DNA from: Azolla caroliniana
Lineage: Eukaryota > Plantae > Polypodiophyta
Assembly (NCBI GenBank): GCA_043228905.1
Contig: JBHGNT010000001.1
Location: 7,626,001-7,690,000, forward strand
DNA length: 64,000 nucleotides
Direction: 5' to 3'
Position 1 is the stretch's first letter, and each line of letters begins with the position of its first letter. The translations under genes were made by a program, and so were the position numbers. Below, piece after piece: positions 54,045 through 64,000 of this stretch. The notes under the pieces were generated by a model. The model saw only the letters and a program-made list of their open reading frames with translations. It was not told the DNA's origin and did not search any database.

Positions 54045-54945
54045 TGAACACCAACGAGCATGAGCGACCATGTGCGGTCCTCAGGGGGAGCACGAACACC
54101 AATGGGCATGAGCGATCATGTGTGATCCTCACTGAGAACTGGAACATGAACAACAACAACAACGGGCATGAGCAACCATGTCGGTCCTTGTCGGGATCTG
54201 GAACACGAACAATAGTTGGAATGAGCGACCACGTGCGGTCCTCACCGGAGAATGGAACACGAACGAGAGTGGTCGACCATGCAACCCTCACCAAAGACTA
54301 GAACACAAACGGGAGTGAGCGACCATGTGGCCCTCACCGGAGACTGGAACACTAATAGGTGAAGGAGTGCAAGTGACGCGGTCAACTCGACTTCTTCTAT
54401 TATGAGAGGGTAAATAGTCGAGGTTGACCCAAAACATGGCACAAACGGCAACGCTAGTGAGAAATTGATGCGATCCACACAAGGAAAGTGAGTGGTTGTG
54501 ATAACCCACCGAAATTAGAAGGTGTGCGATCGAAATCGATCCTTGTCAAAAGAGAGTGGAGTGAAATGTAGACCGAAATGAAAAATGGAATGTAACTGAG
54601 CAACGATTTGATCCCCACCCCGAAAGTGAGTGGTTGTAACCCCACCAAAAACTAGGAAGGTGAGCGATCAAAGCGATCCTCGCAAAAGGAAAGTGGAGTG
54701 AAACTTGAACTGAAATGAAAATGGAGTGCAAGCGAGTGATGATCCGATCCCCACCAGGAAAGTGAGTGGTTATGACCCCCATCGGAACAAGAAGGTGAGC
54801 GATCAAGATCGGTCATCGCCAATGGAAAGTGACACGAGACTTGAATTAAAATGAAAACGGAGTGCAAGCAAGCGATGATCTGATCCCCACCAAGAAAGTG
54901 AGCGGTTGTGACCCCCACCTGAACTGGGAAGGTGAGCGATCGAAA
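54045..54945. repeat. Two tandem arrays inside the non-autonomous LTR element: ~55-bp units (54045-54350) and ~137-bp units (54485-54945)
   Basis: Recurrent GAGCGACCATGTG.GG.CCTCAC.GGAGA.TGGAACAC and AAAGTGAG.GGTTGT.ACCCC...GATCCCCACC. Confidence 0.8.
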
Positions 54946-55635
54946 GCACTCACCACCAAAACCGTGATGCAAAATGATACCTAAAAATGATGACAAGTAG
55001 TGTTGATGACGACGATGGTTGGGCGAAGAGGTGCTGAAAATGATGATGTCAAAGATAAGGATGTTGACGATGGTAACTCCGGAAGCAAGGATGGTGATGA
55101 TGATAACTCTAAAAGCAAAGGCAATGACGAAGACGGGTGGTGCTCCCAATTGGAAGGGATTCAAACTGTCATGGACACACCAAGCGTGGACTAGGACGGA
55201 GCACAGATGATGGGGCTACGAGCGACGGATGAACTTGGAGCTAGATGTGACGAGGCTAGGAACTCTAGATGTTGTGAGCGACATGAGGGCATGAAGGCAG
55301 AAATAAAGATCAAGGAGACAAAGATGAGACGAAACGAGAATACTAGATTCATGTGTCAATGATTGGTGTTGAATCCCTTGAAGGGACCAAGGATGTTACA
55401 AGTATTTATACAATTTCCGAGATTGAATATCCCTAGAATATACTCGAGAAATATCTCGAGAATATACCCGTTTAGAATATACCACAGAATAATTCTAGAA
55501 TATACTAACGCCTAGAATATTCTCGAAGTTCACAATCCATGTGGACAATTCACAAGAGTTTCTATATGGTTAACACAACACAATGTACTGTGTGTGTTAA
55601 AAGTCAGAGGTTCGGGTCTAGAATGTGACAACCAT

Positions 55636-56070
55636 TAATTGACAAATACTTCTGTCGCAACCCCCTCAAGTTTGCCTTTCCAAAATTTGAAAGACAAAGA
55701 TTCCCACAACATGGCTTGCATATATCAAATGCAATTTGGCGATCTGAACACAAAAAATTATATCTTTCAACACTCACTTGTCGAGAACTCTTCGAAAATT
55801 CAGAGGCTTATTGACACAATCCTATTCAACATTACATAAACTAGAATACTCATGATCCGTAACTACTTTATTATTTCGTAGTCTACCTAAGTTAAAAGGC
55901 TCGATCGAAAAATGCGATTTTGAACTTTGCCCAACATCATCGTTGGACTCTACATGGCACTGTTTATTATTTATATAGTTATATTCCTCCATAGAGAATA
56001 AAGAGTTATCAGATAATTTAAAAGGCTCAATGGAGAATAGAGAATTTTTACTCGAGGTTGAGGACATCTC
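55636..56070 (-). mobile_element. Probable 5' part of the interrupted DUF7869-like transposase
   Basis: Lies immediately beyond the LTR TSD on the same strand. A decayed reading frame plausibly continues into 50799. Inferred from position. Confidence 0.4.
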
Positions 56071-56499
56071 GACTAAGGCTAACTAACCTCAACTAAGTCG
56101 AAAATAGCTCAAAATTTTATACTATAATAAGTCACAGTTAAAAATAAAATTTTAAAAATAAATAAAAATACATAAAGGAAAGTCATCTTCTCATTGCCAT
56201 TATCGCATTCAAGAAGCCCAAGAGCACATAGCCATCCCAAACCCTCCATTTTCGCCTCTTTGATCAACTCGAGTTCACATCAGCAACATGAACAAGAGAA
56301 AGAAAATTGCTAGGTATTTGCTTTTAACTGTTTTTTAAGATTCTCTAAAGATTCCATTTTAATTTTGTTTATTTTTGCATCGAGAACTCGATGCAGTGCA
56401 TCGTGTTCCCGTTGAAAGCCACCCTCCTTCAACAGGAACCCGATGCACTGCATCATGTTCCCGTTGAAAGAGGGATTCCATCGAGTTCCCATTGGATTT

Positions 56500-57470
56500 T
56501 GGATGACAGTTGGGTACTAAACTTGCTCGGAGTGGCTACAGTGAGTGTAGGGATAGAGCCAATTGGTCTTCCCGAATATCGCCTAGCTGAATTGAGCATA
56601 GTTAACTATCAATCCGATTTTGATTGCCGGTTTCAATGGCCGATCACAAATTATGTGCCATTTTCCGGGCGGATCCTGCTTTGAGTGCCTACAATGAGAG
56701 GGACTGATCAGACTGGTCTTCCTAAATGTTGTCTAATAGAATGAAGCACGGATGGGGATTGTTCTTGGGATTGAATCTACTTGAAGTAGTTACGATGAGC
56801 GAGTTGGCAACACCGGATGGCCTTGTCGATTGCCATCTAACTTAATGAAGCACGATTTACGGTTGAATCGATGGAAAGACCTCAGTTCAAGTGGCTACAA
56901 TCATGAAGGCAAAGTACAGCCGACTGACCTACTTCAAGAGACTTGATTTAGCTTAGCGAAGTACCGGTTTTCTAGGTGTTTCTCCTTCAGAAGGGTGAAC
57001 TTGTTGAAGTTGATGATTGAGAGATTTCAGTCGGACTGAAATCTTAGAATCTATTCTATCAAGTAATTTAATAGAAGGTACTAGAGAGGAAGTCCTGATG
57101 AGGACAAGAAGACAACCAGCTGTAGGATCAAGAAACACCAAGCTTTGATGCCAAATGCTGGAAACGACCGTCAGGATGCGGAGCAAACTCAACAGTCTTA
57201 GAGATGAAGATATTCAGATGATACAAAGGAACATATTATGAACACAAGACACCTGAATCATAAGACAAGATCAAGAAGAAAGACAAAGAGAAGTATTACT
57301 CTCAAAGTTACAATGACATAATGTATAAAATGAACAGCCAACAAACTACATTACAAATGTTAGTTTAAATACTAACCGACTCAAGGCAATAAGTTGTGCT
57401 TTCCACTATTTACATAAATAGCCTAAACCTAGTGTGTTTAATGGGACAATGTGAATACGTCCATTATACA
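56500..57470 (-). mobile_element. Truncated LTR element: LTR 57156-57470 plus tRNA-iMet PBS and non-coding leader
   Basis: Minus-strand TGGCATCAAAGC (variant of TGGTATCAGAGC) at 57142-57153 sits next to a TG..CA-bounded 315-bp LTR. Confidence 0.65.
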
Positions 57471-57578
57471 GTCATATTTGACACTAGCACCTCTAATTCA
57501 GAAGATGTATGGTTTGTCGACTCCGGCGCCGTAAATCACATGACATCTCACAAAGAATGGTTTTGCGAATTGAGAACT

Positions 57579-58661
57579 TGCTTGAAACTTGATATTTGAC
57601 GTGCTTCAGACATGTTCCTTTGATTCATCTCCCTTTTGTATACATCAAGGAACTTCGTAATGTTCCTTCCATCAAATTGACCCTCGACCTCCACAACGTG
57701 GTTGACGGCCTTCTCTGCGCTTGCATCGTTGTCCCGAGATCTCATCATTTGTTCGAAGATTATCATCATTCTTTCGAGCTTTCCCGCTTGATTGCTTGAG
57801 GATGCCATCTCAAAGTATCAGTCGATCCTCATCTTGATCCTTCCTACCACTTCTTTACGTCGGGTTCACCAAGAAAGATGTCAAGGAAATCCTTGTGTGT
57901 TTGGAAATGAAGCGGGACCGCCGAGGTCCGGGACCGGAAGGATTTGAAGGTTGTACTAGCTTTATCAAGAAAGTATTTAAGTTAGAGATAGAGGGATTGA
58001 GAGATGGAGATTCCAATTATGATACACATTGAGAGAGAGAGATTGAGATTGAGATTTCAATTTTGAGAGACAGAATACATCACCAATAAGATAATTAGAT
58101 TTCTTATTATTAATTTCTTGATTCAGTACATAGCTTTTTTCTCATTAATTGATTCATCCTTTGAATCTTTTTCCTCCACTCTTTTATAGATGCCCCCATG
58201 CATATGATGCATGTGAGGGTGCAAGACATGCATACAATGCATGCGATGTGCCATTTGGCACTCATGCATTACATGTGATGCATGATAACCATGTCATTCA
58301 TTCAAGCTCTTATGTATGAGAATTTACATATGAAAAAGTATAATGATGAGAATACAATTTTTTAAAGAAATGACTTATGGTAAGTTAATTGTGTTATGTA
58401 AGATTGTCCCTCCTTGTGGGGGAGTCGGTCGAAAAGTTGAAATGAGAGTCGGTTGGCCGAAATTGACCGAAAAAGCCGAAATGGGAGTCGGTTGCCGAAA
58501 TTGGTCAGAAAGCCAAAACAAGAGTTGGTTGGCCAAAAAAGCCGAAATGGGAGTCGGCTGCCAAAATTGGTCAGAAAGCCAAAACAAGAGTGGGCTGGCC
58601 GAAATCGACCGAAAAGCCGAAATGGGATTTGGTCAAACGGTAGTCGACCAAATTTTAAACG

Positions 58662-58696
<35 letters not shown>

Positions 58697-58864
58697 TTAT
58701 ATATATGAGATAAGCTAGTATTTATATAGACAGAGTTGTATTAGTTGCACATATATGTGGGATAACTCACTGAGAAAAACAATGAGAGAAGCGTGAAAGT
58801 GAACCCTTTTCAGTTTTCTCCTTTCCACATGTTTTTCACACTGTTGTCGAAAATCTTCACGACA
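57579..58864 (-). mobile_element. 5' fragment of a Ty3/Gypsy element: LTR 57879-58864, tRNA-Trp PBS, gag N-terminus
   Basis: TGTC...GACA LTR with internal tandem repeats (58420-58640). ACGTCGGGTTCACCA (57857-71) matches the plant tRNA-Trp 3' end. Gag-like MASSSNQ...FDGRNITKFLDVYKREM. Confidence 0.8.
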
Positions 58865-61725
58865 ATGAGGTAAAATCATCCATGTTCGAAATGGGCCATA
58901 AAGTCGACGCTGATATAGAGCTATGGAATAAAAGAATCGGCCCCATCAACCTCCAAAAGCTCAAGGTGATGCGATCAAAAGTAAGTCGTCATCGGACTCC
59001 CTACATTTAAAGAGAAGGATATCAATGGAGTATGTGATGCATGCTAATTCGGCAAGCAACATCGGCAACTATTACCGAAAGAGAGGAATGTGAGCAAAGG
59101 CCTACTGGACGTAATCCAGTTGACAAATGTGTGGGGACCTACTTAGACGGGAACATTCAGAGGATGTTTATACTATGTCACCTTTATACATGACTTCTCT
59201 AGGCACACTTGGATCTTCTCCATGAGGCAGAAAAGTGAAGTGTTCGCACACTTCCAAAAATTCAAAAGTGAAGTCGAAAAGGAAACTGGTTGGCATGTTA
59301 GATGCCTACGGTCGGACGGAGGAATAGAGTACTTTTCCGATGATTTTTCGATTCATCTCCGCAAAGAAGGAATTCGACAAGAATTTATCTGTCGACACAC
59401 ACCTCAACAAAATGGAGTAGCCGAAGGAAAAATCGGCACATATTGGAGGTGGCATGAGAAAAACCTACCAAAGTCGTACTGGGCAGAAGCAGCAACCACA
59501 ACCGTATACCTCATGAATCAGTGCACAACATCAAGAGTGCACGACATCACACCCCATGAGAAATGTTTTGGGAAGAAGCTAGATTTTTCTCACATCAGGA
59601 TATTCAACTCAATTGCTTATGTACATATTCCCGACGAGAAGTGACAGAAGTTCGATCTTAAGTCGAAGAAATGTATCTTTGTAGGGTACTCACTCGAAGA
59701 AAATGGGTACAAGTGTTATAATCCTTCTACCCGAAAAGTTCGAGTCGAGACGTCGTTTTCGACGAGTCGACATCATGGTATGAACTAGAATCAAATTCCA
59801 CTCTGGCCCCACCCGACCAAGAGACACAAGATGCCGGTCGATCGTGGTATCTAATAGAACAAAGCCCGATCACGACTAGGCTTAGTAGAGCCTCCGAGAA
59901 AGGAAGGAAAAAACTACTGGAATATGAAGATGATCAATCTAATGACAACAAATAAACTCACTCACACAATAGTGAGCTCGGTGCCTTTGATGTACCTATC
60001 ATGAGGACACTTGGTGTAAAGAAAGCCATTGCCATAGCCAATGAAAAACTCTGACACTCCACCTGTGAGAAGAACATCGCCAGCCGATTCGGTTAGAACG
60101 ACTATATGGTGTACCATTATGCCTTTATGATGAAGGTGGCGACTATTCGAGAACCGAAAAGTTTTTCTGAAGCCGCTAAAGATCCTCGATGGATCAAAGT
60201 GATAAACGAGGAGATGCAAGCTCTCAATAAGAACAAGACATGCGATCTCGTCCCTCACTCACCTCACAAGAAAGCGAATTGTTCGAATTGTGATTGAACT
60301 TGCAATGGCAAAATGGTGGCACCTCCACTAGATGGACGTAAAGAATGTCTTTCTTCAAGAAGAAGTAGAAGAGGAGGTCTTCATGATCCAACCAACCGAG
60401 TTGTGAATTGACCAACCATCTGACCGTAGTTTGCTAACTCAAGAAGCCGTTGTATGGTTTGAAGCAAGCACCACATGCTTGGCATTTGACGATTACTGAG
60501 TATCTTCACGAAATCAACCTTCGAATGTCAAAATCGGACCTCATCCCCTTATATAAGAAGCGATTCTGAAAGCCCGATTGTCATCATCCTATACATGAAT
60601 GATCTAGTCATAAGAGGACAGAATTTAGCCGACATCACTAAGGTCAAATCCCTCCTGTCCAACAGATTCGAAATAAAAGACATGCAAGAGCTCCATTACT
60701 TCCTCGACATAAAAGTAAGTTGGACACCTGTCTGGATCATGATCTCCCAACGACACTATATCCTCAACTTGTTATACAAGTTTGGGATGACTGAGTGCCG
60801 ACTAGGCCGGCTACAACGCCTACCGATGATTGACTGCAGGGTCCATCTTCTCTCTCGGTAGTGGAGCTATCTCATGGAGTAGTAAGAAGTCGCCGACCAT
60901 CGCACTTTCGAGTACGGAGACCAAATACATGGGTGCGGTTGTGGCTGAATATGAAGCCGTATGGCTTAAGCAAATTCTGAAAGACCTTGGCGTCTGCATC
61001 AACGAGTTAGTCCTGATCTATTGTCACAATTTTAGCCGCATCCATTTGGCTTGGAACCCAGTATTCCATGTTCGGACAACGGATATCGAGGTGCACTACC
61101 ACATCATTCGAGAACGTGTCATTGCAGGGGATGTCGACCTTCAACATATCAGTACCAATCTTCAAACGGTCGACATCTTCACGAAAGCTTTGGGAATCGA
61201 CACGTTTCGATTGAGCTTGGTCTTTCAATCTACGACTTGCCAAGCTTGAGAGGGAGTGATAGTCGACCAGTGTCGTGATGTGGTGCATTGAATGTGGAAA
61301 AAGCCGATGAACAAGGGCCAAAATGTCTATGTGCAATGTGCATGCACACAAAGGCGATTATTTGTGCACATGCACATTAAAATGGAAAATGAAGGGTGCG
61401 AAGGAGGCACACAAAATCGTGGGGGGTTGAAAGTAAGAGAGAGGAGAGATGAAAAGTAGGAGAAAGAAGGAAATATGTGTCGTATAAATATTAAGTAAGA
61501 GAGAATTAATGGCTTAGTGATTAGAGAAATTGACCTCTAACTAGAGATGCACGGTTCGTATCCAATTTGATAGTATAACATGATTTAAGGAGACTTACTC
61601 CTTTTGCATTAAATCTAAATGTATAAAAGGAGTATGAGGGTCACCATTACTTTCTAACATTAACTATGTGTCATAGAATCATATTCTATGACACATAACT
61701 AATGAGTTCCTACATTCCCCATGAC

Positions 61726-61958
61726 TGTTAAGAGTCTATTACTAATCAATAGACCAAACTAAGTAAAAGAAGGAAAATAGATTGGATAGAAGAACCCGTT
61801 CCACCCATCCTAATATCCGGCGGTATGGTACGTCAGTGGTAGGTCAGTTATGTCTAGATCATAGCTCGGGGGTGGTCGGGTGGAACGGGTTCTTCCATCC
61901 AATCTATTTTCCTTCTTTTACTTAGTTTGGTCTATTGATTAGTAATAAACTCTTAACA
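61726..61958. mobile_element. 233-bp palindromic MITE-like element with 81-bp inverted arms
   Basis: Arms 61726-61806 and 61878-61958 differ at 2 positions. TGTTAAGAG...CTCTTAACA termini and perfect 5-bp TSD ATGAC. Confidence 0.9.
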
Positions 61959-63661
61959 ATGACACATGAGCTTCTATAGTTGCTAGAGAGTGAGTGAGTG
62001 GTTTAGTGAGAGGGTGACCTTATATAAAGCACCCTCCTCATACTTTGTAAAGTGCCGGTTAATCTTCTATGTAATGTTATTATCCTTGTACTTGCTATTC
62101 TCTACTCATGTCAATATACATCTTGAGTATTCTATTTTCCTATCTATCTTGTGTCTCTCCTCTCTCCTTTTTTACACACACATAACACACCTCTCTAATC
62201 TATTCCACTGGATAGAATCACACTTGATTCTTTACGCGTCACTCTTTCCTATAGTGTTGATGTAGGATCATTGCCTTAGGTCAAGCACTAGGTATCAAAT
62301 ATATCTTAACACAATTTGCAACAGATATGTATCAAATACTTGTGCTCTAATCTCCAGGTGCTAGGTTTCTCTCAAATAACGACAACTCAAATTCAAAAAA
62401 CAATTGAGCCAACGTTAATTTTCTTCATACCTATGTTGAAATCCTTGTATTTGAAAAGGCGAAGTTGCAATTTCCACCTCTTGATGGTAAAATATAAATC
62501 ACATGGTGACTTTTTGTATTTTCAATGGCTACTACCATGACTTTGGAAAAACCCACATTAACTAATAGGCCATTCCATTCACAAAGAGGTAACATGTTGT
62601 ACCTAAAAGTTTTCGAAACTTATGTTAAAATAGGCCAAAAACTAGAACCTCCTATGTATAAATTGAAACTAAGATAGTGAAAATGTTGAAAAGGCCAAAT
62701 TTTCTCACGTTCTACCAAAGCTTCTTGAATGAACTCTTCTAGTTAACCAACAAATAAAATAGATAGAGTAGGTGATAGATCACATCCTTATTTCACTCCC
62801 ATGGTGAGCATGATCTCTTTAGAAAAGTTATTTTCAATCTTCAACCAACATTTTACTCGATAATATAAGCGAGCCAAATTTGCTTCCACATGGAAAATAA
62901 GTAGCTTCGTCTAAATAAAATAGATGTCAATATAACTTGAGGGGAGAATGAATACCTAAATATGCTTCTAGATGTTTTCAAAGCTCAAAAACTACACTTA
63001 CTATTTGTGAAATTAGCCAACTAGTTGTGTCAATGTGCATGATGAGCAGACTTGTCTATCACTACCATGTTTATGTTTTGTCTATAACACCTTTAGTTTT
63101 GTGTGGAAAAACAGAAGTCTGTGTAAAACTGAGTTGTAACTTGTAATGTAGGGGCATATTGTTCTTGCGGCCAAGCCGACTATATGAGCAACAAGTCTTC
63201 GTGATGATGTTCAAGAAAATATGTGGGGGGCTACAATGAAGTCATTCCATACAAACCTAATATCTCGGTGGATGCCCACGATGAAATCAATCCATACTGC
63301 CTAATCTCGGTGTATGCATTTAGGGCGATGGGATTAATTATTAGATAGTGAAGAGTATATTTTCCAAGAGTGTGTACTTTATTCAAATCTACATAATGTA
63401 CAACCCAAACGTATTGTATTGGATGCAGCAAAAGTATAAGTTCAAATTTTACAATATTTATTACACAACATGACCGTGTCACATGGGAGTGGAGCCCCAC
63501 CTTTGAAGGTTATGACCTCCCCCATTAAATGTTAAAACCAATGGATCTTAAGGATTGGGAAGAGAGAAAAGTGATGCAGTGATGATAAGCTCAAGAAATG
63601 TTGTGTAAGGCTAAAAAAAGCTATTAGAGAAAGAGAGGGAAGGAGGGAAGGAGGGAGAGAC

Positions 63662-64000
63662 ATGGCATATGTGCAGGTTGATCAAGATATAAGAGTGCGG
63701 GTTGTGAAGGAAGAGATGGTGAAGCCGAGCAGCAGGATAAGTAGAAGCAGCAATGGAAGTAGGGAGGGCGAATCGAGTGTGGTGGAACAAATGTTTGTGT
63801 CGTCCATCGACATGATCGGCCCCAAGGCTCCACACTTTGGTCGAATTCTCTTCTACGAGGCGAGCCCCACCCTAGGCTTCGGGGGACATCACGAACGCAT
63901 GGACAACATCATGAAGAGGTCATTGGGGTTGGCCTTGGACGAGTTCTACCCGCTCGCGGGACGCTTCCACATGGATGCCAATGGCCGGCTCCACATGGTG
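63662..64000 (+). CDS. BAHD-family acyltransferase, N-terminal part (runs off the window)
   Basis: MAYVQVDQDIRVRVVKEEMVKPS...FVSSIDM...ILFY...MKRSLGLALDEFYPLAGRF, the BAHD N-terminal LK.SLS..L..FYPLAGR signature. Confidence 0.88.
   Translation, partial: MAYVQVDQDIRVRVVKEEMVKPSSRISRSSNGSREGESSVVEQMFVSSIDMIGPKAPHFGRILFYEASPTLGFGGHHERMDNIMKRSLGLALDEFYPLAGRFHMDANGRLHMV

Larger units (their letters stand above)
50800..55630 (-). mobile_element. Non-autonomous chromovirus-like (Ty3/Gypsy) LTR element. 5' LTR 55167-55630, 3' LTR 50800-51297, with nested insertions at about 51308-53964
   Basis: Paired LTRs with TGTCA...TGACA ends and TSD GCCAT/ACCAT (1 mismatch). PPT GGGGGGATAA at 51298-51307. Chromodomain vestige VQYLVLWKGYS at about 54018-54050. 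No tRNA PBS. Confidence 0.88.
57471..62311 (+). mobile_element. Decayed Ty1/Copia retrotransposon (protease-integrase-RT-RNase H, PPT, 3' LTR from about 61257), interrupted by a Gypsy fragment
   Basis: WFVDSGAVNHMT; LWNKRIG; CLRSDGGIEY..TPQQNGVAE; EPKSFSEAAKDPRW; LYGLKQAP; GSGAISWSSKK..ALSSTET.Y; PVFHVRT.DIEVHYH; PPT TTGAGAGGGAG. The 3' LTR end is approximate. Confidence 0.9.

Noticed and set aside
54045-54945. CRISPR-like repeat array
   Set aside because: Units are degenerate tandem copies without unique spacers, there are no cas genes, and the context is a eukaryotic retroelement.

Overview
Plant nuclear DNA, most likely a fern. This is inferred from PLS-class PPR genes of fern style and an axonemal SAXO gene, which implies flagellated sperm. 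The left 36 kb is gene-rich: two PLS-class PPR genes, a two-exon SAXO/FAM154-like gene, a 12-coding-exon MEI2-like (AML) RRM gene, an intron-retaining VDAC pseudogene and a DUF641/GIL1-IRKI-like gene. The right 28 kb is mostly nested transposon debris: solo LTRs, two decayed Copia elements, LINE 3' ends, a tRNA-derived SINE, and a DUF7869/Sola-like transposase fused to an intronless SAC/FIG4 phosphatase fragment. It ends in the 5' part of a BAHD acyltransferase. Three observations stand out. (1) A non-autonomous chromovirus-like LTR element has a PBS complementary to its own predicted transcript 5' end (Tf1-type self-priming). (2) A 233-bp palindromic element appears built from two LTR U5-like ends, with TG..CA termini and a 5-bp TSD. 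(3) Three polybasic uORFs are chained by ATGA start/stop overlaps leading into a PPR ORF. All exon boundaries and family calls were read by eye; no searches were run.
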